Assembly (NCBI GenBank): GCA_027484125.1
Contig: JAIXUI010000040.1
Span: forward strand, 1,426 to 65,425
Source of the DNA: Bacteroidota bacterium
GTDB taxonomy: Bacteria; Bacteroidota; Bacteroidia; UBA7662; JAIXUI01
Length of the DNA stretch: 64,000 nt
Reading direction: 5' to 3'
Made by a program: the position numbers and the translations under genes. Positions 1 to 13,408 of the stretch are shown in pieces. The notes under the pieces were generated by a model, which was not told the DNA's origin, made no database searches, and saw nothing but the letters and a program-made list of their open reading frames with translations. Each line of letters begins with the position of its first letter. The stretch's first letter is position 1.

Positions 1-532
1 GCATCACATGTTGCCCAACAATGTAGGAGGGTACAGGATTTTGTAATACTCCGGCTTTGATCATCAAGGATGCTCCGCCGGGAAGTCGTTCTTCTCCAGG
101 TTGAAACAACAACCGCAGGTCGCCTGCTAAATGCGCTCGCTCGGTATGAAGAATTTTTGCTGCGCCAAGCAAACAAGTGGTATGCACATCGTGGCCGCAA
201 GCGTGCATCACGCCTTCTCGCTTAGAACGATATGGCTTGTCGTGGTTGGCTTCTAAAATGGGAAGCGCATCCATGTCGGCCCTCAATGCTCGAAGTGGCC
301 CGGGTTTACCCCCACGAATGGTGGCTACGATGCCGGTTTCCGCTACGCCTGTTTCATGTTCTATCCCCCAGGAGGTCAAACATTGACTTACGAAAGCCAT
401 GGTTTCATGCTCCTGAAAGGAAAGTTCAGGGTGTGCGTGAATATGACGACGAAGCTGAACTAACTCCGGTTGAAGGGCTAGCGCCTGTTGCTGTACCCGC
501 TCAAGGACGGACGCTCTTGCTGCTATCGACAT
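1..532 (-). CDS. M20D-family amidohydrolase (N-acyl-L-amino-acid amidohydrolase / hippurate-hydrolase-like), N-terminal ~177 aa; the gene runs off the left edge
   Basis: Hand translation of the minus strand gives MSIAARASVLERVQQQALALQPELVQLRRHIHAHPELSFQEHETMAFVSQCLTSWGIEHETGV...GVMHACGHDVHTT...LLFQPGEE. The HxHPELSFQE and ACGHD blocks are the M20D metal-binding signatures. It is missing from the ORF track because it has no stop codon inside the window. The ATG at 530-532 overlaps the stop of the upstream SPOR gene. Confidence 0.75.
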   Translation of the reverse strand, partial: MSIAARASVLERVQQQALALQPELVQLRRHIHAHPELSFQEHETMAFVSQCLTSWGIEHETGVAETGIVATIRGGKPGPLRALRADMDALPILEANHDKPYRSKREGVMHACGHDVHTTCLLGAAKILHTERAHLAGDLRLLFQPGEERLPGGASLMIKAGVLQNPVPSYIVGQHVM

Positions 533-938
533 TGGCGTTGCCTTCTGGATTAATGAGAATATTGTCGGGAACGATAAAAGCTGCTTTGTAAGTTTTCTGC
601 AGGTCTGTAAGCCATTCTCTGGCCTCTTCTCTTGTTAGAAAATCGCCCACACGTACACGGAATGTTGGTTGTTTATAAATCAGATAAACGCGGGTATCGG
701 GGTAAAGCGATAGAATTTCAGTTCTGATTTTCATGGCTTGTGCCCGCTGATTTCCTGAAAAAACTTGAATGCGAAACCCTTTACGGGTGCTGTTTTTCAT
801 CCGATCCCGATACTTCTGAATCAATTGCTGGCGCTTAATTACGCTTGAATCAACTGAAGCAGTGTCCGGAATTGCTTCCTGTGCATACAAGGAATGGCTC
901 ACCAAGGATAACAAAAAGAAAAACAGCAGCTTTTTCAT
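501..938 (-). CDS. SPOR-domain lipoprotein or secreted protein
   Basis: 145 aa. It starts with a signal peptide MKKLLFFFLLSLVSHSLYAQ. The C-terminal block FRIQVFSGNQRAQAMK...YRVRVGDFLTREEAREW is typical of SPOR (sporulation-related repeat) peptidoglycan-binding domains. Confidence 0.7.
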   Translation of the reverse strand: MKKLLFFFLLSLVSHSLYAQEAIPDTASVDSSVIKRQQLIQKYRDRMKNSTRKGFRIQVFSGNQRAQAMKIRTEILSLYPDTRVYLIYKQPTFRVRVGDFLTREEAREWLTDLQKTYKAAFIVPDNILINPEGNANVDSSKSVRP

Positions 939-1578
939 AGTTCAAGTATAGCAAATGCTGCGGAAGTACCAAGTCGGTCGGCACCTGCATCTATCAGATT
1001 ATGAGCCTGTTGACGAGTTTTTATTCCGCCTGAAGCTTTGATTTTAATTTCAGGGGGAAGCAGTTTTCGCATAGCGCGTACTACTTCCGGTGTCGCACCA
1101 CCGGCATGTCCGGTGGAGGTTTTCACAAAGTCAACGCCGGTTTGCGCACACAACGCACACAGTTTTTCCAATTGATCACCCTGAAGTAAGGCTGTTTCTA
1201 GAATAATCTTGATTTGCTTGCCATGCAAATGGGTGATTTGCGTCATGCTGTCGATTTCGTTACGGAGGTAAATGAAATCATTCTCTGCCAGAGCAGATAA
1301 GTTGATAACCGCATCTACTTCGGAAGCTCCATCGTCCACTACCTTTTTAATTTCATCCACTTTAGCGAAGGTGGCAGCAAATCCAAAAGGAAAACCTATC
1401 ACGGTACTGACTTTCAGCCTTCTTCCATCCAAATGCTTCATGGCATTTTTCACGAAGTAAGGTGGAATGCACACACTGGCGAATCCATGCTCCAAGGCTT
1501 CATCGCACATTCTGCGAACATCTTCTTTCCTAACTGAGGTACTGAGTGCAGTGTGATCGATGTAGGATGCTATCTCCA

Positions 1579-1579
<1 letters not shown>
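935..1579 (-). CDS. deoC: deoxyribose-phosphate aldolase
   Basis: 214 aa. MEIASYIDHTALS...FVKTSTGHAGGATPEVVRAMR...IKASGGIKT matches the DeoC TIM-barrel, including the active-site Lys region FVKTSTG. It overlaps the SPOR start by 4 bp and the secA stop by 1 bp, so the three are tightly packed. Confidence 0.9.
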
Positions 1580-4911
<3,332 letters not shown>

Positions 4912-5009
4912 AAAAACTGGAGGCGAAAATAGCCATTAATTCGCTCTCCTTGGCCAAGTTTCAGGCCACAGATGTAGTTCTGTCAGGGTTGACAGAAAGA
5001 AACTTTAAC

Positions 5010-5879
5010 TTAAATATGCCGCTCGGCGTGGTAAGAAGAACGAACCAACGGTCCACTTTCTACGTATTTGAAGCCTTTTTCGAGTCCGATTTTCTTATAG
5101 AAAGCGAATTCATCAGGGGTGATGAAGCGGTCAACTTCAAGGTGAAGTTTGGTGGGCTGAAGGTATTGACCTAAGGTTAGAACGTCGAGGCCGTGGGCCA
5201 GAAGGTCGTCCATAGCTTCAAGCACTTCGTCTTGGGTTTCACCTAATCCGAGCATGATACCGGATTTGGTTCGAAGGCCCATGTTTTTAATGCGCTGTAT
5301 TTGCTCCAGACTTCGCTCATATCGGGCTTGAGGACGCACTTTTCGGTAAAGGCGTTTAACGGTTTCCATGTTATGAGAAATCACTTCCGGGCGCTCCCGG
5401 CAAATCATTTCCAACGCTTCCCAGTCGCCTTTTACATCAGGAATCAAGGTTTCGATGGTCGTGGTTGGGCTTAGTCTTTTCACCTCGCGAATGGTGGCAG
5501 CCCACACGGAGGCACCTTTATCTTTGAGTTCATCGCGGTTTACCGAGGTAATCACGCAATGTTTCACTCCCATGAGCTTTACCGCTTCAGCCACTCGGAA
5601 AGGCTCGTCGAGGTCAAGTTCTGTTGGACGGCCGGTAGCTACTGCACAGAAAGAGCAACCACGGGTACAAACATTTCCAAGGATCATGAATGTAGCCGTT
5701 CCAGCGCCCCAGCATTCGCCCATGTTCGGACAATTTCCGCTTTCACAAATGGTGTGAAGCTTATGATCGTCCACAATTTTGCGAACGTTGAGGTATTCTT
5801 TTCCTGTTGGGAGCTTAACGCGTAGCCATTCCGGCTTTTTGCGGCGAACTTCAGTGTTGGGAGTGGTGAGGTCTTGCAT
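5010..5879 (-). CDS. lipA: lipoyl synthase (radical SAM)
   Basis: 289 aa with N-terminal cluster cysteines [14 protein letters not shown] and the radical-SAM CxxxCxxC motif [10 protein letters not shown]. Confidence 0.95.
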   Translation of the reverse strand: MQDLTTPNTEVRRKKPEWLRVKLPTGKEYLNVRKIVDDHKLHTICESGNCPNMGECWGAGTATFMILGNVCTRGCSFCAVATGRPTELDLDEPFRVAEAVKLMGVKHCVITSVNRDELKDKGASVWAATIREVKRLSPTTTIETLIPDVKGDWEALEMICRERPEVISHNMETVKRLYRKVRPQARYERSLEQIQRIKNMGLRTKSGIMLGLGETQDEVLEAMDDLLAHGLDVLTLGQYLQPTKLHLEVDRFITPDEFAFYKKIGLEKGFKYVESGPLVRSSYHAERHI

Positions 5880-5885
5880 GATTAA

Positions 5886-6656
5886 TTACCAACGGCCGCC
5901 AAATTGCAGGCCTACATAAAACGACACAAATATCGAACTGTTTGACTCTATTGCCATGATTTCTACCGGCTTTGCGTAAGCATCTACGGTTACGCCACAT
6001 TCCAAATAGCGGATATCATCGTTAAAAGAAGCAAAATCGAAGATTAAACCGGTTTTCAAATAGGCTCCGGGCTGAAGATAAATTTGGTTAAGTCCGTTCG
6101 AAAAGTCGGAGGCCCCATAAATTTGTCCGGTAAAGAATTTGTCGAAGGTAGCGCGCTCAGACCTCACTTCTGCTCCCGGATCTCCCGGATTGGCATAGAT
6201 AAAGTCGAGATATACCGGCTTTAACAGACCCACTGACAGCCCTCCGGAGTAATTCCACCTTACTTCAACACCGTTCTTCTCAGAACGATCGTAGATGGTG
6301 CGAATTTGTCCGCCTCCAAGCCGAATGTTGAAATAGTCGTTGAGTTTTCCGAATACAAACGGTCGGGAGTTGATGTAGGCAGTGTTCGGGTTACGAAATT
6401 CTTTCGGATGCTTGTTTCTGGAGAAATCAAACTCCATCAACCAGTCGGTGTCACCGTTTTTGTTGAGTAAGTAACGCGCTCCCACGTACCAGCCGGTGTT
6501 GTGTATGCCTATTCCACCTGCAATGCCCTGTGGAAGCAGGGTCTCTGCTTCTGTAGATTCAATCTCCAGCTGCGCTTGTGCGTTTCCGGTGAAGATGACC
6601 AGCAGTAGAAGTGCTAAAAAGGCGCGTTTCATTCTCGGGTGAAAGATACAAAACAA
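5886..6656 (-). CDS. hypothetical outer-membrane beta-barrel protein with signal peptide
   Basis: 256 aa. The signal peptide MKRAFLALLLLVIFTGNAQAQ suggests the true start is near 6632. The protein has alternating Gly/aromatic-rich strands and a C-terminal aromatic residue (GLQFGGRW), as in OM beta-barrels. I recognise no specific family. Confidence 0.45.
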   Translation of the reverse strand: MFCIFHPRMKRAFLALLLLVIFTGNAQAQLEIESTEAETLLPQGIAGGIGIHNTGWYVGARYLLNKNGDTDWLMEFDFSRNKHPKEFRNPNTAYINSRPFVFGKLNDYFNIRLGGGQIRTIYDRSEKNGVEVRWNYSGGLSVGLLKPVYLDFIYANPGDPGAEVRSERATFDKFFTGQIYGASDFSNGLNQIYLQPGAYLKTGLIFDFASFNDDIRYLECGVTVDAYAKPVEIMAIESNSSIFVSFYVGLQFGGRW

Positions 6657-7049
6657 CGCGGCTTACTTCGAGTTTAGTCCTAAGCCTGTCTTTTTCCAAG
6701 AAGTTAATGTTTAATGGAGGGTAAGTTGTTTTAATAGAAGCTGAATGGCCTCTAAATCATGCTCCACCCGGTCTTTTGATGTGGGAATATCCATAAATTT
6801 TCACAAGACTTTGTTCAACAGAAAGAGAGGCAAAATCTTTTACTTTCCCTTTCTCTACTAGATCAACTTTTCTATGGATTCTTTGTCCAATCGCACGGGC
6901 TATCTCCACCAAATCAAAAAGTGAATACTGCCTATCGCTATTGTTGCTATCTTATTTTCAAGGCCTTGTTTCGCCAAGTTCTGTCATGATTTGTCGCAAT
7001 TGTTGATTATTCAAGCACAAAAACAAAATCTCGTACTGTATTTTTCGGC

Positions 7050-8726
7050 ATGAAGTGGCGGCTAATCATCATACTCCTTACTTGTTTAAATCAAGTAAAC
7101 GCGCAAAACCCAACCTGGAATTCGAACCAAAGTCCTGATTACGCTCAGCTACAGCGCTTTTACCAAGATTTAGCCCGCAAATTCCCTCACAGCGTAAAAC
7201 TGGAATCGTTTGGCGAAACGGATGCTGGCTTGCCGCTAACCCTGATACACCTTCGCTCCGGCAAGCCCAACCCTTTGCGCATGCTGGTGCTCAACGGCAT
7301 TCATCCGGGCGAGCCGGAAGGCATCGATGCCTGTACACACTGGGCCAAACAGCTGGCCAAGGACCGTCAATTTCCAGCATTGGGCATCGACGTTTGCATA
7401 GTGGCCGTGTACAACGTAGAAGGCATGTTGAATCGAAATTCGTTTTCCAGAGCCAATCAAAATGGTCCTGAAGCGTATGGTTTTCGTGGAAACGGGCAAA
7501 ATCTTGATTTGAATCGAGACATGATTAAAGCCGACAGCCGCAATGCGAGGACCCTTGCCCGGCTGTTTCATCGGTTTAATCCTGACATCTTCATCGACAC
7601 TCACACCAGCAATGGCGCGGACTACCCAGCCGTGATGACTTTAATTGCCACACAACGCGATAAACTAGGAGGTGAATTAGCCAAAATCCTGCATGACCAA
7701 CTCGTGCCCGAGTTGTATCGCCAATTCCCTGAGATGGTTCCTTACGTTAATTCCGTGAAAGAGGTCCCAGATTCCGGCATCACGGCTTTTCTTGAAACAC
7801 CTCGTTTTACCACTGGTTATGCAGCGTTAAGAGGAACCATTGGCTTTGTTACTGAAACCCACATGCTCAAACCTTATCCTCAACGGGTAAAAGCTCAACA
7901 CGCCTTCTTAGACGCTTTACTCAAGATGCTGCCCTCTAAAAAAGTTGCCATACAACAAGCCCGAAAAGCAGATTCTTGGGCCAATAATCGGCCAGCACAA
8001 GAGGTTTTAGTCTGGAAAGAAGACCTTCAGCGTAAAGACAGCCTACAATTCAATGGCTATGAAGCCATTTACGAACTCAGTCAAATTGGCGAATACCGCC
8101 GCTTGAAATACCATCGGGACAAACCTTGGAAGCGCTTCATTCCCTGGTATCCGCATGCAATTGGAACAGTTTCCGCCAAAGTTCCACAAGCTTATGTAGT
8201 ACCAAGAGCGTGGGAAAAAGTACGAACAAGGCTCATCGACCATGGGATAAGCTATCGGGAAGTAAAAAAAGACAGCCTGACAAAGCTGAACTTCTACCGA
8301 ATCCAGGATTATCAAACAGGTACTCGACCTTACGAAGGGCATTATCTGCATCGCGACGTGAAGGTTTCCGACACCACGATCACCTATCAACTACAGCCCG
8401 GTGACTGGATAATTCCGGTGCAACAGCCTCTGGGAAGACTAGCCATGCATTTATTAGAGCCACAAGCAACGGATAGCTATTTCAACTGGAACTTCTTCGA
8501 CGGCATCCTTCAGCAAAAAGAGTATTTTTCTGACTACGTCTTTGAAGATAGAGCTTTAGAGCTACTCAACACCGATGCAGGCTTGAAAAAGCGCTTTGAA
8601 GACGCCTTTCCTCCAGGAAGCGAAAAACGGAAAGATGGAGCTGCCTTGTTGATGTGGATTTACCGAAACAGTCCCCATTATGAATCCTCTCACATGCGGT
8701 ATCCAGTAGGAAGGCTGATGGATTGA
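7050..8726 (+). CDS. M14-family zinc carboxypeptidase, secreted
   Basis: 558 aa. A signal peptide is followed by the M14 zinc-ligand blocks LNGIHPGEPEG (HxxE) and DTHTSNGADY. Confidence 0.85.
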   Translation: MKWRLIIILLTCLNQVNAQNPTWNSNQSPDYAQLQRFYQDLARKFPHSVKLESFGETDAGLPLTLIHLRSGKPNPLRMLVLNGIHPGEPEGIDACTHWAKQLAKDRQFPALGIDVCIVAVYNVEGMLNRNSFSRANQNGPEAYGFRGNGQNLDLNRDMIKADSRNARTLARLFHRFNPDIFIDTHTSNGADYPAVMTLIATQRDKLGGELAKILHDQLVPELYRQFPEMVPYVNSVKEVPDSGITAFLETPRFTTGYAALRGTIGFVTETHMLKPYPQRVKAQHAFLDALLKMLPSKKVAIQQARKADSWANNRPAQEVLVWKEDLQRKDSLQFNGYEAIYELSQIGEYRRLKYHRDKPWKRFIPWYPHAIGTVSAKVPQAYVVPRAWEKVRTRLIDHGISYREVKKDSLTKLNFYRIQDYQTGTRPYEGHYLHRDVKVSDTTITYQLQPGDWIIPVQQPLGRLAMHLLEPQATDSYFNWNFFDGILQQKEYFSDYVFEDRALELLNTDAGLKKRFEDAFPPGSEKRKDGAALLMWIYRNSPHYESSHMRYPVGRLMD

Positions 8727-8759
8727 GACAGTTCTCTCCCACTCAATCCGAGCACTCCA

Positions 8760-9236
8760 CTATTTAGCGGGAGTGGCATCCGATCCGGTATGATCGGCTA
8801 CAATCACCCATTGACCTCTTATTTTTTCGAACAACAGCGTAAACCAACCGCCTTGGGTCTTATCATGACTAGTTAGTTCCCAGCGGCCCATTACCCAGGC
8901 ATTGCGCTTGGAAAGTACACGTACATCCAACTTTTCAAACTTAAGTTTTCCCATAGCGGCAGCATCAGGATAAGATTTACGGTAGTTGCTCATCACAGGT
9001 TCCCAACCATAAGATGGGCCACGCTTTCCAATAAAAACCAGGGAGTCATTTCTCCAATAACCCGCCATAAATCCTTCTAAATTACCTTCATTCCAGGCTT
9101 TTTGCTGGGTAGCCATCACTTGCAAAACCGCTCGGGCATCTTTGAAAGTAGCCTCAGATTTCTGTGCAAAAGCAGGCGTTAACATGCTGATTAATAAGAG
9201 CATAAGCAGCATCGGTACAAGTTTTAACCGTTTCAT
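8760..9236 (-). CDS. NTF2-like / DUF4440-type secreted protein
   Basis: 158 aa with a signal peptide. The WNEGNLEGFMAGYW...WVMGRWEL pattern is typical of SnoaL/DUF4440 NTF2-fold proteins. Confidence 0.55.
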   Translation of the reverse strand: MKRLKLVPMLLMLLLISMLTPAFAQKSEATFKDARAVLQVMATQQKAWNEGNLEGFMAGYWRNDSLVFIGKRGPSYGWEPVMSNYRKSYPDAAAMGKLKFEKLDVRVLSKRNAWVMGRWELTSHDKTQGGWFTLLFEKIRGQWVIVADHTGSDATPAK

Positions 9237-9308
9237 AATGCAAGTTAAGGCTTGAACTTTAAGAATAATTCCTCAAATTTGTGGGCTCAATTAATCAACC
9301 GACCGCTG

Positions 9309-9884
9309 ATGCGTAAAATTCTGTTTGTATTTGCTTTCTTACTTCTTGGCTTGGGTAGCACTCAAGCGCAGGTGGTTTGGGGCGGTTCCGCAGAAGGTGC
9401 TACATCATCTGCCCCCGTTTACTACGACACCGTTTACATTCACAAACAGGCACGTAAATATGGGCTGGATCCGGTTAAAATCAAGAAACCAGCCATTTAT
9501 CAAGCTTTCACCGAATGGATTGGTATGCCATACCGTTTAGGTGGAAATAACATCTTCGGCATCGATTGTTCAAGATTCGTAGCCTTAATCTATGAACAGG
9601 CTTTCAACGTGAAAATTACGGGCTCTTCTCGTGATTTGTTCCGTAAAGTGGTACCGGTTTCCGTTACAGATCTTCAAGAAGGAGATTTGTTGTTTTTTGC
9701 AAGGAAAGGCGGCATTTTCCATGTGGGCATGTATTTATCGGATGGAAAGTTTATTCATGCTTCCACTTCTGAAGGAGTTAAAATCTCTGACCTGAAAGAG
9801 CCTTATTACAAGCGTTACTTCTATCGTGCAGGTCGTTTCCTTGGTTTGAGCGATGATCCTGCCACAGAAAATGAACCTCGGTAA
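9309..9884 (+). CDS. NlpC/P60 (C40) cell-wall peptidase
   Basis: The catalytic Cys block GIDCSRFVALIY and the His block GIFHVGMYL are present. The signal peptide MRKILFVFAFLLLGLGSTQAQ favours a start at 9309. The ORF track begins upstream at 9252. Confidence 0.85.
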   Translation: MRKILFVFAFLLLGLGSTQAQVVWGGSAEGATSSAPVYYDTVYIHKQARKYGLDPVKIKKPAIYQAFTEWIGMPYRLGGNNIFGIDCSRFVALIYEQAFNVKITGSSRDLFRKVVPVSVTDLQEGDLLFFARKGGIFHVGMYLSDGKFIHASTSEGVKISDLKEPYYKRYFYRAGRFLGLSDDPATENEPR

Positions 9885-9911
9885 ACCGTCTTCAACTCCA
9901 AACAAACTTTC

Positions 9912-9942
9912 AAGCCATTCAATCTTTTGAATGGCTTTTTTC
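9912..9942 (+). terminator. rho-independent terminator after the C40 peptidase gene
   Basis: aagccattcaa-tctt-ttgaatggctt followed by a T-run. Confidence 0.6.
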
Positions 9943-10051
9943 ATGTCATTAGTGGGAGAAGCAAACTGAAAAACTCAAGCGTGAGGCTCTTTAGGCTTCA
10001 GTTTGAAAGTGATGGTAACCAATTTAACCCTCATTGGAAGTACATGCTAAC

Positions 10052-10081
10052 ACAAAAAAAAGGGCCGCAAAATGCGACCCT
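10052..10081 (-). terminator. rho-independent terminator of nrdB (minus strand)
   Basis: On the minus strand the hairpin is agggucgca-uuuu-ugcggcccu with one G-U wobble, followed by a U8 run. Confidence 0.55.
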
Positions 10082-10134
10082 GTTACAAGTACCGGACACT
10101 TTCGAACCGACCCTTGGGTTCCGGCACCTGTATA

Positions 10135-11115
10135 TCAGAAATCCTCGTCGAAGGAAATTTTTGCAGCAGTAGCAGTAGCAGTTTGACCAACACCGGCTTT
10201 ACGGTATTCACTTACTCGTTTCTCGAAGAAGTTGGTCTTACCCGGCATTGAAATCATTTCCATAAAATCGAAGGGGTTAGTGCTGTTATAGATTTTACCT
10301 ATTCCTAAAGAAGTGAGCAGACGATCGGCTACAAACTCGATGTACTGTTTCATCAGGTCAGCGTTCATACCTATAAGTCGAACAGGAAGCGCATCTGAGA
10401 TAAATTCTTTTTCGATTTCCACTGCATCAGCGATGATGGCTTTCACGGTTTCTTCAGGAAGCTTATTCACCAAATCCTTATAAAGGAGACAAGCGAAATC
10501 GCAGTGCAAGCCTTCATCGCGGGAAATCAGCTCATTAGAGAAGCTAAGACCTGGCATTAGGCCACGTTTTTTAAGCCAAAAAATGGAGCAAAAAGAGCCT
10601 GAGAAAAAGATGCCTTCCACCGCAGCAAAAGCGATGAGTCTTTCTGCAAAGCTGCCTTTACTAATCCAGCGAAGTGCCCAATCAGCTTTCTTTGAAACGC
10701 AATCCAGGTTCTGGATGGCATGAAAAAGGTAATCTTTCTCTGCTGGATCTTTGATGTAGGTATCTATTAAGAGGGAGTAGGTTTCAGAGTGAATATTTTC
10801 AATCATGATTTGAAACCCGTAGAAACAGCGCGCTTCCGGGTACTGAACTTCGTTAAGGAAGTTGATGGCCAGGTTTTCGTTTACGATGCCATCAGAGGCA
10901 GCGAAGAACGCCAAAACATGCTTGACGAAATGCTTCTCATCATCATTGAGGCGATTTTCCCAGTCATTGAGATCTTGCATTAAATCAATTTCTTCTGCGG
11001 TCCAAAAGCTAGCTTCAGCTTTCTTGTACATCTGCCAGATTTCATTGTGGCGGATTGGAAACAGGACAAATCGGTCTGCATTCTCTTGCAGAATAGGTTC
11101 AGATATCGCGCTCAT
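10135..11115 (-). CDS. nrdB: class Ia ribonucleotide reductase small (beta) subunit
   Basis: 326 aa with the di-iron ligand blocks ([18 protein letters not shown]) and a radical-Tyr region. I found no nrdA adjacent. Confidence 0.93.
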   Translation of the reverse strand: MSAISEPILQENADRFVLFPIRHNEIWQMYKKAEASFWTAEEIDLMQDLNDWENRLNDDEKHFVKHVLAFFAASDGIVNENLAINFLNEVQYPEARCFYGFQIMIENIHSETYSLLIDTYIKDPAEKDYLFHAIQNLDCVSKKADWALRWISKGSFAERLIAFAAVEGIFFSGSFCSIFWLKKRGLMPGLSFSNELISRDEGLHCDFACLLYKDLVNKLPEETVKAIIADAVEIEKEFISDALPVRLIGMNADLMKQYIEFVADRLLTSLGIGKIYNSTNPFDFMEMISMPGKTNFFEKRVSEYRKAGVGQTATATAAKISFDEDF

Positions 11116-11210
11116 TGGAGGGTGGGGGTTAACGTCACAAAAATGGGCGCTATAAACGACAGGTTATCCACATCCGCCACCCAGTTTTAAACATAACCTA
11201 CCCCAACCCC

Positions 11211-13277
11211 TTAGTCTTCCGCGCTTAAAGTCAATAAATACTGCTGGAGATCCTGCTCCTTGCTGATATTCAATCGTTTACGAATCCTTGAGCGCAACTT
11301 TTCTATGTACATCTGGCTTTTTTCCAGTTTATCGGCAATCTCCTTATTGGTAAAGCCTTCCCTAACTAAACGAGTTATATCACGTTCAGTTTCACTCATT
11401 TCAAGCCAAACAGGGCCAAGTAATTCAATCCAGCTTTGGCCTTCTTTGTTTCGAATTTCGACTTGCTTAAGTTGCGATTCGTTTTGATTCAGCACTACCA
11501 ACAGATTCCTTATCTGTTGCTCTTTGTTACGAATTTTGTTTTTTACATCGCCATTCTGATCATCCAACATCAAGCTTACTTCATCAAGGGTAGCTAAACA
11601 GTCGCGGATATACTGTTTAAACTCCAAGACATATTCCACACGATTTTCGGACAAGCCTGTTTCACGTTGTTTCATCGCCACGCGATCAGATAAAAAGCGG
11701 TTCTTTAATTCAAGATTTTCCGCCTTTTGACGTTCCAGCTGGCCTTCAAGTGCCAAACTGCGCTGCCTTCTTTTAGAAAGCTGGAAGAGAAACGCCAAGT
11801 TGAGTAATATGAGCACGGAAGCTATTACAATCCAAAGCACCACATTATTTAGAAAATTTACCTTGGCTTGTGCTTCATTCACATGCACCCTAAGAGAAGA
11901 GAGTGAGTCCAAAAATAACCGCTCTTTATTCTGAAGGTTGTATTCAGAATTCAGAATGCTCAATTTCTCATTAGCCGTCTGGCTGTTATATGCAATAATA
12001 CTGTCAGACCAAGCAAGTGCATCCTTTACTCGATTTTCATCCTTGGCTAACAAAAGTGCAACCTCAGAAGACATGGCATTGTACCTAAGATTACCGGGTT
12101 TAATCATCTGCCGTTCCCATGCTTTGCGAAACATGGCTGACATTGCCCAAACTTTAAACTTCTTTCTAAATTTAAAATGCGCCCTGAGGTAATCAGCTTG
12201 CATCAATTCGTTACCATTCACCAAAAGCTCTTCAATCTTAGCTAGCCACTGACGGGCAGAAGGTTCATCTCCAAATAAGGTGTAGGCTTCACTCAAGCTA
12301 AAGATTACTTCACGTTGATATCCTGTCCAGTAGGGTTTCAACGACATGATTTTGCTCACCGCTTGTTTAAGAGAATCAATTCTGTTCAAGCGAATCAAGA
12401 GAAACGCCTTGTTTAGGTTAATCAATAAAAGTTGCTCAGCTTTTCCTGAATACTCCAACTTTTCTACACGCTTTTCTAGGTTCTCGAAGTGAATAATGGC
12501 CGCTTCATTCTCTTCAAGCGACATTAGAACCGCACCGATGTTGTTTTCTACCAGCAATTTCCAGCTAAAAGCAGGTGGATAGCGGCTAATTAAGTTCTCA
12601 GCTATTTTAAAAAAACTAAGCGCCATGTTGTTGTAGCCTTGGCTATTCTGGCAGCTTCCTATGTTTATATAACTTTTTATCAGGCCGGCAGAATCTTTTA
12701 TACTCTCCTGAATCGGCACGTTTTGTAAAAACAGCGCTGAAGCTTTATCAAAATCTCCTTTACCAAACCAATAACTTCCCTCAAGATTTCGAACATCAGC
12801 CCCTTCTTTTAATAGGTCATGTTCGGAACAATAGCTGTAAACCTTCTTTAAGCGAGTGAAGAATTCCGACTCTGGGAGTTTTACATAAGCATAATCTGCT
12901 TTAAAGAGGAGAAGCTTTGCGCGTATGGAGGGTCTAACACTTAAGTTAACATTTTGGTCAATTTCATCAAATGCTAAGTCAGTGCTTTTATGCTCCAAGT
13001 TATGAATGGCATTGAGCCAACGCTCCAAAAAAGGTGCTTCATCGGGGGTTAAATCTGCCCCAACTGTACGAATGAAAGTTCGATTCCAAGCTAAAAGCGG
13101 AATATTGGAAGAAGAAGCCCCGTTCTCGATTTGCGCTACAAGTTTTCGTAATTTGAGGGTATCCTGTGCGAATGAATAATTTGGAATCCCTAGCAGCAGA
13201 CAAGTCATCAATCCGGATACCGCGATACCAGATAAATTGAATGCAGCCGTGTATAAACGTGTAAACTTGGTCATGTT
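11211..13277 (-). CDS. membrane-anchored one-component regulator: signal peptide, TPR-like sensor region, TM helix, coiled coil and LuxR/GerE HTH
   Basis: The signal peptide MTKFTRLYTAAFNLSGIAVSGLMTCLLLGIPNYSFAQ indicates the true start near 13277; the ORF track reports 13352. The TM helix is VVLWIVIASVLILLNLAFLF. The C-terminal LuxR HTH reads ETERDITRLVREGFTNKEIADKLEKSQMYIEKLRSRIRKRL. Confidence 0.75.
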   Translation of the reverse strand, partial: NMTKFTRLYTAAFNLSGIAVSGLMTCLLLGIPNYSFAQDTLKLRKLVAQIENGASSSNIPLLAWNRTFIRTVGADLTPDEAPFLERWLNAIHNLEHKSTDLAFDEIDQNVNLSVRPSIRAKLLLFKADYAYVKLPESEFFTRLKKVYSYCSEHDLLKEGADVRNLEGSYWFGKGDFDKASALFLQNVPIQESIKDSAGLIKSYINIGSCQNSQGYNNMALSFFKIAENLISRYPPAFSWKLLVENNIGAVLMSLEENEAAIIHFENLEKRVEKLEYSGKAEQLLLINLNKAFLLIRLNRIDSLKQAVSKIMSLKPYWTGYQREVIFSLSEAYTLFGDEPSARQWLAKIEELLVNGNELMQADYLRAHFKFRKKFKVWAMSAMFRKAWERQMIKPGNLRYNAMSSEVALLLAKDENRVKDALAWSDSIIAYNSQTANEKLSILNSEYNLQNKERLFLDSLSSLRVHVNEAQAKVNFLNNVVLWIVIASVLILLNLAFLFQLSKRRQRSLALEGQLERQKAENLELKNRFLSDRVAMKQRETGLSENRVEYVLEFKQYIRDCLATLDEVSLMLDDQNGDVKNKIRNKEQQIRNLLVVLNQNESQLKQVEIRNKEGQSWIELLGPVWLEMSETERDITRLVREGFTNKEIADKLEKSQMYIEKLRSRIRKRLNISKEQDLQQYLLTLSAED

Positions 13278-13391
13278 CAGTGTGTCGGGAAGTAGGATTT
13301 CAAGACTTCGGATTAAAGAAAAGGAAAAAGCAGGGGGATACAAACCCTCCATGGAAGAAGTACCTACGGCCGCATACGGTAAGTCGTCGTT

Positions 13392-13399
13392 TATCTTTG
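13392..13399 (+). promoter_or_regulatory. candidate Bacteroidota sigma-A -7 box (TAtcTTTG) for mnmG
   Basis: It matches the TAnnTTTG consensus 9 nt upstream of the mnmG ATG at 13409. Confidence 0.3.
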
Positions 13400-13408
13400 C
13401 AGTTCCTT

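Noticed and set aside
9927-10172. 81-aa plus-strand ORF in the gap between the C40 peptidase and nrdB
   Set aside because: It spans the nrdB terminator hairpin and overlaps the nrdB 3' end. It has no signal or motif.
13280-13408. ORF-track N-terminal extension of mnmG (43 extra codons)
   Set aside because: The FAD-binding motif begins immediately at the internal Met at 13409. The extension overlaps the divergent regulator start and a TAtcTTTG -7 box lies inside it.
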